64,000 nt of DNA from a virus (taxonomy: Duplodnaviria; Caudoviricetes), in IMG/VR virus record IMGVR_UViG_3300037634_004069, positions 1 through 64,000 of that record; one strand, given 5' to 3'. The notes under the pieces are model-generated. The model was not told where the DNA came from, ran no database searches, and saw only the letters and a list, made by a program, of their open reading frames with translations. The translations under genes were made by a program, and so were the position numbers. How positions within the stretch are numbered: position 1 is the first letter of the stretch; every line of letters starts with the position of its first letter. Below are positions 7,636 to 17,864 of the stretch, piece by piece.

Positions 7636-9649
7636 ATTTAAGGATGTACATAGAGTCTCTCCTGCAGCAAACTACTTTGATAAAAACGGTAGGTATTGTC
7701 CATTCCCACCTAACACACAACCTTACTACGAGTTTTGGGATAAAGAAAAGCAAAGATGTTTAGAAGGATATACTACTGAAGAGGGGGATATAACAGTTAC
7801 AGGATATCACTATTTCTACCTTAACTACTGCCCTATACAGATTGCGGTAGATAAAAAACTTGCAGACGGGACCATTATTGCAGAACGTAAACAACACTTC
7901 CCAAAGTTTTATGATAAAGACCATGAATATTTTACTGCTGTAGATGAATGTCGTAGAACTAATAAACATTTAACTGTACTTAAAGGACGACGTAAAGGTT
8001 ACTCTTATAAGTCAGCTTCTATGCTTAATAGGAACTATTTTCATATACGAGGTTCTAAAAACTTTGTGTTTGCAGGTATGAAAGAATACTTGACGGGTGT
8101 TGATGCCATTCTTACAAAGGCTTGGGAGATGATGAACTTTATAGATGACAATACGGCTTGGACACAACCAAGACTATTGGACAGACCTATGGAGAAAACG
8201 TCAGGGTATAAAAAAAGAGTAAACGGACAGTTTATACAGAAAGGTTTATTAAGCTCTATAGCCGGAGTATCCCTTAAAGATGATTCAGATAAAGTAAGGG
8301 GTAAGGCAGGTGAACTTGTATTCTTTGAAGAAGCAGGAGCATTCCCTGAGCTACTGGACGCCTGGAACGTAGCAATGCCTACAATGCGTCAGGGTTCAAA
8401 AACCCTAGGTACAATGATAGCTTTTGGTACAGGTGGTACTGAAGGAACAGGCTTTGAGTCTTTAGATGAATTATTTTACCATCCTGAATCCTATGATTGT
8501 CTTGAATTTGATAATATCTGGAGTGATTCAGGTTTTGGGACCAAGTGCGGGTTCTTTGTTCCTATCTATGATATCCTAGATGGTTTTATAGATGAACACG
8601 GAAACTCTCTTATAGAGGAAGCTAAAGCATTTGAAATAGGAGAAAGAGAAAAAAAGAGACAAGGTAATGATCCTAAATCATATGACAAGTACTTAGCTGA
8701 ACATCCATTTACCCCGGAAGAAGCTACACTGCAGAGTACCGCAAACTTATTTAACCAAGCAAATATAAAAGCACAGTTAGATAGAGTGAAAGCAAATAAT
8801 CTTCACACAATGGGTGTGCCTGGAGAGCTTGTACAAGAGGATAGCAAAGTTTCTTTTAAAGCAAATTGGGATCTAAGACCTGTAATAAGATACCCACATA
8901 GAACAGAAGATGATCTTGCAGGGTGTGTAGTAATGTATGAAACTCCTTTTAAAACAAAAGGTGAAGTTCCAGATTTTTTGTATTATATATGCCATGACCC
9001 TTACGCGCATGATAAATCTTCGTCTAGCTCATTAGGATCTGCGTATGTTATAAAAAGACCTAACAGAATATCTCAACCCGATGATATGATTGTAGCGTCG
9101 TATGTAGGTAGACCAAACACGCAAGATGAGTACAATAGCAATCTATTTAGACTGTCTATTTTGTACAATGCTAAGATAGGATTTGAAAATGATCGAGGAG
9201 ATGTTATTGGATATGCAAAAAGATTCCGACTTTTGCATAGATTACAGCCAGAGTTTGAAATGCTACAAAATAAAGAGCTTCAATCTAAAACTGTAAAGCG
9301 GGGATTCGGTATGCATATGACCGAAACTAGGAAAAGGCAAGGTGAGTTATACCTAAGAGATTGGTTAGAATCTCAGCGTGGTAGGCATTCAGATGATACA
9401 TTTACATTAAATGTAAATAAAATCTATGATGTAGCATTACTACAAGAGCTGTTAAAATTTAATCATCAGGGTAACTTTGACCGTGCAATGTCTTTAATTG
9501 TAGGTATGTTTATGATGCAAGAAATGTTTAATTCTACAGTTAAAGAAAAAATAAAAGTACCGCACCAAGATTGGTTTGACGGTCTTTATGAAGGAAATAA
9601 AACTCCTTTAGAAGACTCAGGTACGCCGGGAGGGGTCACAGCACTTTGA
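7628..9649 (+). CDS. terL: Terminase large subunit
   Basis: ATPase part KGRRKGYSY and LVFFEEAG, coupling motif FGTGG, RNase H-like nuclease part ICHDPY, FENDRG and NFDRAMS. Directly upstream of the portal. Confidence 0.92.
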   Translation: MNKFKDVHRVSPAANYFDKNGRYCPFPPNTQPYYEFWDKEKQRCLEGYTTEEGDITVTGYHYFYLNYCPIQIAVDKKLADGTIIAERKQHFPKFYDKDHEYFTAVDECRRTNKHLTVLKGRRKGYSYKSASMLNRNYFHIRGSKNFVFAGMKEYLTGVDAILTKAWEMMNFIDDNTAWTQPRLLDRPMEKTSGYKKRVNGQFIQKGLLSSIAGVSLKDDSDKVRGKAGELVFFEEAGAFPELLDAWNVAMPTMRQGSKTLGTMIAFGTGGTEGTGFESLDELFYHPESYDCLEFDNIWSDSGFGTKCGFFVPIYDILDGFIDEHGNSLIEEAKAFEIGEREKKRQGNDPKSYDKYLAEHPFTPEEATLQSTANLFNQANIKAQLDRVKANNLHTMGVPGELVQEDSKVSFKANWDLRPVIRYPHRTEDDLAGCVVMYETPFKTKGEVPDFLYYICHDPYAHDKSSSSSLGSAYVIKRPNRISQPDDMIVASYVGRPNTQDEYNSNLFRLSILYNAKIGFENDRGDVIGYAKRFRLLHRLQPEFEMLQNKELQSKTVKRGFGMHMTETRKRQGELYLRDWLESQRGRHSDDTFTLNVNKIYDVALLQELLKFNHQGNFDRAMSLIVGMFMMQEMFNSTVKEKIKVPHQDWFDGLYEGNKTPLEDSGTPGGVTAL

Positions 9650-9676
9650 TATCATTAAGGAGAAATGGTATCTTTG
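9645..9676 (+). promoter_or_regulatory. Bacteroidota promoter upstream of the portal gene
   Basis: TTTG at 9645-9648, a 20-nt spacer, then TATCTTTG at 9669-9676; ATG at 9697. Confidence 0.55.
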
Positions 9677-9696
9677 AATGACTTTGACCTAAGAAC

Positions 9697-11943
9697 ATGT
9701 ATAGTAACATACCAAACCAAAGAATAGCCCGTTCTCAAAAGAACAAAAAATGGCAGAAAGACTGCATAGATGGCTATATCTCATTATCTGACGCTAATTA
9801 TAGCGAGAGGAAAAGAAGCATAAGAAGGCTTTACGACTATTATAATGGTGTAATTCATGATGAAGATTATGATTACATATTGCGCCCTTATGGAAAATCT
9901 AGAAAAAACTTTCCTTCTAAGCTAAGAAATTACCCACTTATAAAACCAACTATAGATCTCCTGCTTGGAGAGAAGGCTAAAAGACCTTTTAATTATAGCG
10001 TAGTTGCAGTAAATGGAGATGCTGTAGATAGAAAAGAAAAAGCTAAACATGAGTTTATAGCTAAGACAATCCAACAAGGACTTGCAAATGAAATGAATGA
10101 AATGGGGATGAATACAGGACAAGAGTCCCAACCTATTCCCACATCTGAAAATTTACAAGCAATGTTTGAAAGGTCTTACGTAGACAACTTTGCTGTTATA
10201 GGCCAAAAAAGTCTTAACTACATAATGGCCCAGCAAGACGTACATGAAAAACTACAAAAAGCGTGGTTTCACTTTCTAGTTGCAGGAGAGGCTTATACAC
10301 TTAGGTCTGTAGTAAACAATGATGTTTCTTATGAAATATTAAACCCGTTAGATGTAGACTATGATTTAGATCCGGATTTAGATTACGTAGAAGATTCAGA
10401 CTGGGCAATTGTAACTAAATACATGGGTCCTTCACAAATAATTAAAAACTTTGGTAGGTTTTTAAGTAAAGACCAGATGGAGGCCTTGTACACAGACAGT
10501 TCTTTTGATACTAACTTGTTATTTTTTGAAGATAGGAGAGAAGATGTAGAGAGTAGACTTATTAAAGTGCAACATGTATACTGGCAATCTTTAAAACGTA
10601 TAGGGTTCTTAAGTTACTTGGATCCTAATACAATGTCAGAAGAAATGATGGAGGTAGAAGACGGTTTTGTAATGCCCCCAGAGTTAAAAGAAATTGGTGC
10701 TAAAGTAGAATGGGAATGGCACAATGAGCCTTGGCAAGGAATAAGAATAAACGAAGACTTTGATGTAGATGTAAAACCAATAGAAGAGTTTAAATCTTCT
10801 GTAGATAATCCATCAAAAATAAAACTCCCTATAAATGGTCGTAAGTATTCTGATGTAAATACAAGTAATATATCACTAGTTATGCTGGGAATACCTTTTC
10901 AGCTTAACTATAACATCTACAAATACAGATTAGAAACATCTATTGCACGATCTAAAGATATCATAGCACAATTAGATATAAACCTTATCCCTAAAAAATG
11001 GGATATGGATAAGTTCATGTACTTTGTAGAAGGAACCGGTATTGCCTGGGTAGACTATGACAAAGAAGGAGTAAAACTTTCCCCGCAACATCAAACTGTA
11101 ATGGATCTTAGTGTAAAAACAATTCAATTGTACATTACACTTTTAGAGCATATACAAATGGAATGGGAAAATGTTTCAGGTGTAAACAGACAGCGTAGAG
11201 GAGAGGTTGGTCAATACCAAGGTAAAGCAATGGGACAACAAGCTATTGTACAATCTTCTCATACCACTGAAGATTTATACAGGAAGTTTGCCGGGCTAGA
11301 AAAAAGAGATCTTCAAACTTTTATAGATCTTTCTAAGTATGCGTGGATGGATGGTAAAAAAGCATCTAACTTTTTACCCGATGGTGCGATAGAGTATTTT
11401 ACTGTTGACCCTGATACATGGATAAATTCTGATTTAGGAATATTTGTATCAGATGCTACAAAAGATGTAGAGAAAATGAATGCTGCAAGAGAAATGACAC
11501 AGGCCCTTGCGCAGAATGGTGTTCCTTTCTCTACTATACTAGAAACTCTAGAAGGAGAAAACTTTGTAGAATTAAAAGGTAAAGTGAAAGCAGCTGAGGC
11601 TTCAATGCAAGAACTTCAAGCGGCTCAGTCTGAAGCACAACAACAAGCTGAACAGGCTCAAGCTGAAATGGAACAGCAAAAGCACGACGATCTTATGATG
11701 TCTAGCGAAAAAGAAAGAATGCTTACAGCTTCTGAAGGAGAAAAAGAGAGGATGCTAAAAGTCCGACTTAAAGAGATGGACATAAACATGGCTAGTAATA
11801 ATACACCTCTTACAGATCCAAGAGAAATGGCCTTAAAAGAAAGAGCTCAATCAGAGTCTGAACGAAGTAATAAATCTGACGAGGTAATTAAAAATAGAGC
11901 AGTAACTGCTAAAAAAGCCTCTGATAAAAAATCTGAGAAATAA
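9697..11943 (+). CDS. Portal protein
   Basis: 748 aa directly after TerL. YPLIKPTIDLLLGE..KRPF, WENVSGVNRQRRG and a Gln-rich coiled-coil C-terminal barrel fit a crAss/P22-like portal. Confidence 0.88.
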   Translation: MYSNIPNQRIARSQKNKKWQKDCIDGYISLSDANYSERKRSIRRLYDYYNGVIHDEDYDYILRPYGKSRKNFPSKLRNYPLIKPTIDLLLGEKAKRPFNYSVVAVNGDAVDRKEKAKHEFIAKTIQQGLANEMNEMGMNTGQESQPIPTSENLQAMFERSYVDNFAVIGQKSLNYIMAQQDVHEKLQKAWFHFLVAGEAYTLRSVVNNDVSYEILNPLDVDYDLDPDLDYVEDSDWAIVTKYMGPSQIIKNFGRFLSKDQMEALYTDSSFDTNLLFFEDRREDVESRLIKVQHVYWQSLKRIGFLSYLDPNTMSEEMMEVEDGFVMPPELKEIGAKVEWEWHNEPWQGIRINEDFDVDVKPIEEFKSSVDNPSKIKLPINGRKYSDVNTSNISLVMLGIPFQLNYNIYKYRLETSIARSKDIIAQLDINLIPKKWDMDKFMYFVEGTGIAWVDYDKEGVKLSPQHQTVMDLSVKTIQLYITLLEHIQMEWENVSGVNRQRRGEVGQYQGKAMGQQAIVQSSHTTEDLYRKFAGLEKRDLQTFIDLSKYAWMDGKKASNFLPDGAIEYFTVDPDTWINSDLGIFVSDATKDVEKMNAAREMTQALAQNGVPFSTILETLEGENFVELKGKVKAAEASMQELQAAQSEAQQQAEQAQAEMEQQKHDDLMMSSEKERMLTASEGEKERMLKVRLKEMDINMASNNTPLTDPREMALKERAQSESERSNKSDEVIKNRAVTAKKASDKKSEK

Positions 11944-12356
11944 TGGAAGCTATTGATGTAATGAAACAACTCTATGCTAATCATCATAGAGGACCTATAG
12001 GACCTGAAATTGAAAAACAAATGCTTGCAGAGCAACAAATGGCTCAAGCAGAAGTAGCAGGGACACAGCAAGAAGCAGAAGTAGGTTTAGATGATGGACA
12101 GGGACTTCGACCTATGATTATACCTGGAGCTGAAAGTATAAGGGGAGCTCAAGACGGACCTATAGATCTTACTACTATAGATCAACAAACTGGATTAGTA
12201 GATTCTCATATACCTAACGTGCAGCCAGGAGAATTAGTAAACACTGGAGAAGGTGTAGATGTTTTAGAGACTCCGTCATTACCTGTGGCAGACTTTGGTG
12301 GAAGTTACAAATCTATCATAGCAGAGAATATGAGGAATTATAAAAGAAAGCGATGA
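11943..12356 (+). CDS. Hypothetical virion-associated protein
   Basis: TAATG and ATGA overlaps on both sides. Ends in FGGSYK...YKRKR, which resembles the left half of the GG tag. Confidence 0.7.
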   Translation: MEAIDVMKQLYANHHRGPIGPEIEKQMLAEQQMAQAEVAGTQQEAEVGLDDGQGLRPMIIPGAESIRGAQDGPIDLTTIDQQTGLVDSHIPNVQPGELVNTGEGVDVLETPSLPVADFGGSYKSIIAENMRNYKRKR

Positions 12357-15300
12357 AATACAAAAAGCTCTTACCAAAATATCAATTAGGAACAGTTACC
12401 CCACTTGCGTCTCCAGAGGGATACACAAATGAAGAGCTTGCGTCTATAAATACAGAATCGCTTACTGCAGCAGAGCCTGAGACTCCAAAATCAACCTTCC
12501 TTGATGACTTTGAAGGTGTGGATCTTAATGTTCCTATGCAAACTACTGCCGTTGAAACCACTAATGTAGATACTCCTATAGTAGATGCTACAAGTAATAT
12601 TTTTGACCAAGAAGTTGATAGAAATTTAGATCCCGTAGCTTATTTTTCTAAGCATGGTAAGTTTCCTACAGGACAATCTATCTTTTTAGAAGCTCAAGCC
12701 ACTGTATCAGAAGAGCAAATACCTTATCAACAGTATATAGATAACGTAATACAAGAAGAACTTCCTAACGGATTTAAAGAGCACAAGACTCAATGTATGT
12801 ACGGGGGTAAAAATGTGATTCAATGTTCTGCAGGAACACAATGGAATTTTATGGATCCCACTATTGAAAACTACATCTCAGGCGCTGAAAAAGCATCGTT
12901 AGGTATTCAGGGAGATGGTTGGACTATGGGGCAAAATATAATAGATTCTGGAGGACAAAGAATTTATGGATTGCACGGAAAAGGAACTCGCAATCTTAGA
13001 AAAAATATGATAGAGAGAAGAAAGTTACAAGACCTAGATTTAGTAATGGGTAATGTAATGGTGGGGGATGTTGTAGAGATGTTTTATCTTGGATCAAAGT
13101 ATCAAGCTGAAGCCAACAGAATGGGTACAGGGGATGTTCATACTACCCATGTAGGTCAAGTAACAGAAGATGAAGATGGAGATAAATTTATAACTCATAA
13201 TATTTACGGTACTTGGCAAACTGAGCCTTTTGAAGATGTTTTAAAAGCAAATGGTACTGGAAAAGGAACAGACCCAAGATATTTTGTATCAGGTATTGTA
13301 AGACCGGGTTTTACAGAGGCAAGTAGAAATATTAGAATTTCAGATTCCCCTCAACAAATAAAATCAGCTACAGGCATTAGAAGTCCTCAAGACATGTCAC
13401 CAGAAACTGTAGAAGCATGGCAAAGTGTAAAAGGAAGTTATGTTAACAGCAGTAGAGGGTTTTTAAAGGGCTTAGAGTTTTATGCTCCTAACGTGCAGAA
13501 AGATTTTAATATCTCAGATGAGGATATGCAAAATCTTATACTGCCCTCTGCGTTTGCCATTTTTGGAAAAGAAAGCTCTTTTGGGGCCCTTGCAGGAGAT
13601 TACAAGAAAAAAGTAGCCAAAAGACAAATCATTAGGTCTTATAAAAATACATTTAAAGACTTTGAACATATTCCTATGTGGTTACTTGGAAAAGAGGCAG
13701 CATCTGAATTTGAGTTTGATCCTTATAGTGAAGGCCCCACCCAAATTAAAATGGAGTCAGGCTCTATAACAAAATCATGGTATGCTAGTGATGAAGGAAA
13801 AGCGTACCAAAAAAGATACGGTATAAATCCAGAGACAATATACGATCCTTCTATTGCAGCTCCTGCAACAATGCTTTTAATAGCTAAAAATATACAACTA
13901 CTTAAAGCTGGTATAGGAGAAGGCAGGTGGAATACTTTAGATACTCTCACCAAAAGAAACTTGATATTTAAAGCTCACAATAAAGGTATAGATGCAATTT
14001 TTGAAAATGAGTTTATAAAAGACGGTAAAGCAGATATAGATGGTGGAATTGAAATCTATAGAAACTTGCATTTAAATAGAGACTCTTATACTAATCTAGC
14101 TCAAGACTTTGCTTTAGCTCTTGAAATAGATTATGAAGGAATAAAGAAAGACCATACAGAAGCAGAAAGAATTGGATATACTGCTCAAATACCTAAAACT
14201 GCAGCTGAAGAACGAGCTGAATCTCGAAAAGAATTTGGGCAAGAGATGCAAGACTTTTTTAAATCCTCTGGGTCTACTTCTACTAGTAGGAGAGGTTCAA
14301 GAAGCGGTGGTTCTAGTAGTAGGGGTAGTGGAAGTAGTAGGTCAAGTGGTGTTAGTACACCCACCCCCAATGTTAGTATGCCTTCAAGGCCATCAAGACC
14401 TTCTGGTGTGTCTGGAATGCCCTCTCGAGATATTGATGTATCTGTTCCAAGTGTTAGTATGCCCGAACGCGGGCCTAGTCCAAGAGCCGGTGTAAGTGCT
14501 CCAAACGTTAATATACCTAACACTATAACTTCTCCTATATCAAATATTAGAGTGCCTTCTCCAGATACGAGTTCTCCAACCGCACCTATTCAAATCCCAG
14601 AAATAGATACTACACCTTTAGTATCTGCTAGAGGGGCTGAAGCAAACAGGCAACTGCATGAAATGTTTAGAACAGGTACTGTAGGAGATGCTAAAATAGA
14701 AATGCCTGCATCTCAAGATATAGATGTAGTAAACTCTACCCCGGAAGAGATACGAAGAGCAATTGCAAAAAGCGCTAAAGAAATATCAGACACTGTAGAT
14801 CTCTCTGAAACATTTAACCTACCTGAAGATAGTATACCTTCAATAGATAGAGGGGAAGTAAAAGAGCTTTTAAGTGGAACAGAGTTAGAGGGATTAGGTA
14901 GCCAAATAGCTCCTAACATAGCTGACTCTTTACAGGTGGCTAGACGATGGGCAGATGTTAATCCTGAAATAGCAGCTCAAATACCTGATGAAGTAATGTC
15001 AGAGCTTCTTTTAAGTGAAGAACTTATAGAGAATGGTGGAACAAAAACACTTGAAGAACTTGCAGAGGAGTATTTGTCTGGGACAATTGCCCCTGCAGAT
15101 AGTGTTCTTACACCCCCACCTCCTATAGGAGACTTTGAAATAGTACCTCCAGATACTACTGGTTTTGGTCAAACAAATTTCTTTACAGAAGAAGAAAAAA
15201 ATATAATTAGAGCAGGCCAAAGCACTCAAGAAGATGTTCCTTTACCAGAGCTTAGAATGGGGGGACATTTACCTAAATATCAAAATGGTATTCCTAGCTA

Positions 15301-17782
15301 TTATGATACTAGTGAGCAATTAAATAAAGAAATGCCTTGGAAAAAGTTAAATGCTTTTGATAAGACAGATTTCTTTAGTCGAGATGAAAAAATTGATATG
15401 ATGAATAATCCTAGTACTCCTAGGTATATATCAAGTGGGAATCCAGAAATAGAAAATAAACTCTCTAACGTAGTAGCTCCAGGAGGAGTTGGTAGCCCTG
15501 GTGGAGCAGTTAACATGTATAGTTTAGACAAATACGAAAATCTTGGACTTGGAACACCTGAACGAAAAGCTGCTGTAGCAGAGTTAAACAAAAGAAGAGA
15601 TGCGATGAATGCTAGAGCTTCACGCACATTTGAAAAAACTAAAAAATCTTTACCTAAAGAACAAAGAGCGTATCAAAATCTTATTCAAACAGATTTAGAT
15701 ATAGCTTTTCCACCTGGGTCTATACCTGAAACTCCACATTCTTCTACTTATAGACCTTCATATAATCCATACGAAAGTTTACCTAAAAAGCAAACAGGAG
15801 GGTCTTTACCTAAATACCAAAATGGTACTAAAAAAACAAAAGAGCAAGAAAGAGGAGACTATTATTTAGATCTTTTAGAAAGAACTGGTGGTGCAGGGGG
15901 ATGGAAAAATCTTCATCAGAGGCCAGGATTTAAAATGACTTTGCCTGATTCTACTTGGTATGATGTATTAAACAATAGATTTAATATTGCTAATGAACAA
16001 AAAATACAAGGTATAAATGATACTCTAGCTTATAATGCAAATGTAAGGAAACTTGAAACATTATATTCAAATCCAGTTATCGTAGATGAGAAAGATCCTT
16101 TTGCAGGCTTTATAAGTTCTAGAATGGGTAATAGTACTCCGACAGTCCCCACTATAAAAGAAGCACACTCAATTGGAGCCGAGATTGATGCTGTTAAAGA
16201 CAATATTTATGAAGGAAACGTACAAAACTCACACTCGGAAAACGTACCCCAATACTATATTCATACAGATATGCCTTTTTATAGAAACCCAGGCTCTTCT
16301 GTTGAACATACTCCTACTTCTACATTTGATCTAGCTAAACAAGCTTGGAAAGGAGGAAAAAGTTGGGGTAATAATAAAGTTATATGGGGCAATCGTTATT
16401 CTCAAACTAAGGCCCCTATAATGAATCCTACATTATATGAGTTAGAAGTAGAAGCAAGTGAACCAACCTCGTCTTCAAACACTTCAAACACTTCAAACAC
16501 TTCAAATAAAAAAAATAAAGTAATTAGAAATGAAAAAACAGGAGAAACTTGGACGCAAGAAGAGTGGGATAAACTAAAAGGTAAAGGAGCTTTTAATAAA
16601 GCAGAAAAAAAAGCATCAAGTCTGAAATACGGAGGTGAATTACCTAAATACCAAGATGGTACTGAAGGAACTGTAGTAGAAGCAAATCCTGAAAATCTTA
16701 CTGCAGAAGGAGAGCAGATACTTGAACCTCTTTATTCTAAACCAGAGGTAGTTATAGAAGGTAAAAGACCAAATACTCTAAAAGGACAAGTTGGGAAGTT
16801 TTTACAAAATCCAAATCCTTTTGTTTCACCTGCAGTAGCAAGATATGCTGGAGACTACCAAATTCACTCTCAAAACCCAGACCTAGTAAAAACATATGAT
16901 AGAAGGGGATTCGATGCACTTCCACTAGCCACTATAAAAAGAAAACTAGGTAATTTTGATCCTAGTAAGATCTTATATAAAAATAGACAAGCAGCAGCAG
17001 TAGAAAGAGGTACTCGTAATAATATATATCGAGCTTCGAATGAAAAAAACAATCCTTTTACTCTTGATATATCTGGTCAAAACTTAGCTTATGCAAGGGC
17101 AGGAGAACAAGTAGAAGGAACAGCTATATTAGGTGGAGACTTTTTAGAAGATGAGCCTACAGCATTGCTTGCATCTGAGTATAGAAAACCAGGAGCACAA
17201 AGATTTGAAGGTCAAGGGAAAAAAATAGATATTAATCCAGAAGAACAAGAGTACTACGGAGTAGTAAATAATGAACTCAAAGTAGGTAAAATAAATGATT
17301 TCTCTGATAAAGATGTTATTGTACCTATTAGATGGGGAGGAGATTATGATCTATATGAGGAGGGGGAAGAGCCAGAATCTGTAACTACAAAACAATCTAC
17401 ACCTGGGGGTCATCGAAATTACGGGATACATTCCAACCCAAACCAAGGTAGTACTCGGAAAGTAACTACCCAACCAATGTTGACTAGCGACGGTAAGCCA
17501 GCATATACTAATTCTGCCAGTGGAAAAATGATACTTTATTCTCCTTCTTCAGGTCAAAAACGTTTTTTATTCGGATATGATAAAGATGGAATGCGTGAAG
17601 AATCTCAAAAATTTAAAAGAAAATATAAAGACGCTAGGTACATAACACTTGACACAGGAAGATTTAATATGATAGCATCAAATAAAAAAGGTCTTACAGA
17701 AAAAGACTTTATAGACTATAGTTCAGGAGGTTTTGAAAATGAAATAGGGTCTGGTTATAATATTATTTATAATCCTAAATAA
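12353..17782 (+). CDS. 1809-aa modular virion protein: CHAP/NlpC-like peptidase, SLT-like transglycosylase, Ser/Pro linker and three tag-delimited modules
   Basis: QCSAG / GDGWT / GDVV / THVGQV / THN at about 12820-13200; GKESSFG / GPTQIK / AHNKG at about 13565-13990; GGxLPKYQxG tags at 15260, 15797 and 16631. Confidence 0.7.
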   Translation: MKYKKLLPKYQLGTVTPLASPEGYTNEELASINTESLTAAEPETPKSTFLDDFEGVDLNVPMQTTAVETTNVDTPIVDATSNIFDQEVDRNLDPVAYFSKHGKFPTGQSIFLEAQATVSEEQIPYQQYIDNVIQEELPNGFKEHKTQCMYGGKNVIQCSAGTQWNFMDPTIENYISGAEKASLGIQGDGWTMGQNIIDSGGQRIYGLHGKGTRNLRKNMIERRKLQDLDLVMGNVMVGDVVEMFYLGSKYQAEANRMGTGDVHTTHVGQVTEDEDGDKFITHNIYGTWQTEPFEDVLKANGTGKGTDPRYFVSGIVRPGFTEASRNIRISDSPQQIKSATGIRSPQDMSPETVEAWQSVKGSYVNSSRGFLKGLEFYAPNVQKDFNISDEDMQNLILPSAFAIFGKESSFGALAGDYKKKVAKRQIIRSYKNTFKDFEHIPMWLLGKEAASEFEFDPYSEGPTQIKMESGSITKSWYASDEGKAYQKRYGINPETIYDPSIAAPATMLLIAKNIQLLKAGIGEGRWNTLDTLTKRNLIFKAHNKGIDAIFENEFIKDGKADIDGGIEIYRNLHLNRDSYTNLAQDFALALEIDYEGIKKDHTEAERIGYTAQIPKTAAEERAESRKEFGQEMQDFFKSSGSTSTSRRGSRSGGSSSRGSGSSRSSGVSTPTPNVSMPSRPSRPSGVSGMPSRDIDVSVPSVSMPERGPSPRAGVSAPNVNIPNTITSPISNIRVPSPDTSSPTAPIQIPEIDTTPLVSARGAEANRQLHEMFRTGTVGDAKIEMPASQDIDVVNSTPEEIRRAIAKSAKEISDTVDLSETFNLPEDSIPSIDRGEVKELLSGTELEGLGSQIAPNIADSLQVARRWADVNPEIAAQIPDEVMSELLLSEELIENGGTKTLEELAEEYLSGTIAPADSVLTPPPPIGDFEIVPPDTTGFGQTNFFTEEEKNIIRAGQSTQEDVPLPELRMGGHLPKYQNGIPSYYDTSEQLNKEMPWKKLNAFDKTDFFSRDEKIDMMNNPSTPRYISSGNPEIENKLSNVVAPGGVGSPGGAVNMYSLDKYENLGLGTPERKAAVAELNKRRDAMNARASRTFEKTKKSLPKEQRAYQNLIQTDLDIAFPPGSIPETPHSSTYRPSYNPYESLPKKQTGGSLPKYQNGTKKTKEQERGDYYLDLLERTGGAGGWKNLHQRPGFKMTLPDSTWYDVLNNRFNIANEQKIQGINDTLAYNANVRKLETLYSNPVIVDEKDPFAGFISSRMGNSTPTVPTIKEAHSIGAEIDAVKDNIYEGNVQNSHSENVPQYYIHTDMPFYRNPGSSVEHTPTSTFDLAKQAWKGGKSWGNNKVIWGNRYSQTKAPIMNPTLYELEVEASEPTSSSNTSNTSNTSNKKNKVIRNEKTGETWTQEEWDKLKGKGAFNKAEKKASSLKYGGELPKYQDGTEGTVVEANPENLTAEGEQILEPLYSKPEVVIEGKRPNTLKGQVGKFLQNPNPFVSPAVARYAGDYQIHSQNPDLVKTYDRRGFDALPLATIKRKLGNFDPSKILYKNRQAAAVERGTRNNIYRASNEKNNPFTLDISGQNLAYARAGEQVEGTAILGGDFLEDEPTALLASEYRKPGAQRFEGQGKKIDINPEEQEYYGVVNNELKVGKINDFSDKDVIVPIRWGGDYDLYEEGEEPESVTTKQSTPGGHRNYGIHSNPNQGSTRKVTTQPMLTSDGKPAYTNSASGKMILYSPSSGQKRFLFGYDKDGMREESQKFKRKYKDARYITLDTGRFNMIASNKKGLTEKDFIDYSSGGFENEIGSGYNIIYNPK
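15260..16660 (+). repeat. Dispersed 30-nt/10-aa repeat GGxLPKYQ[ND]G (three copies)
   Basis: 15260-15289 GGHLPKYQNG, 15797-15826 GGSLPKYQNG, 16631-16660 GGELPKYQDG. The last two share 25 of 30 nt. Confidence 0.9.
16473..16506 (+). repeat. In-frame 9-bp tandem repeat (CTTCAAACA x about 3.8; Ser-Asn-Thr)
   Basis: Read directly: cttcaaaca cttcaaaca cttcaaaca cttcaaa. Confidence 0.9.
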
Positions 17783-17851
17783 AATAAGTGACATAATATA
17801 AAAGCATCACGCGAAATCATATCAACATATTATATATTCAATTACACACTT

Positions 17852-17859
17852 TAAATTTG
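17852..17859 (+). promoter_or_regulatory. Possible -7 box (TAAATTTG) for the scaffold/capsid operon
   Basis: Intergenic, 5 nt before the ATG at 17865. The same 11-mer TAAATTTGTAT occurs at 38247-38257 before the cargo genes. Confidence 0.4.
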
Positions 17860-17864
17860 TATCC

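Noticed and set aside
14260-14600. Ser/Gly/Arg and Pro-rich low-complexity tract as a separate element
   Set aside because: Best explained as an in-frame disordered linker of the 1809-aa protein; there is no exact DNA repeat unit.
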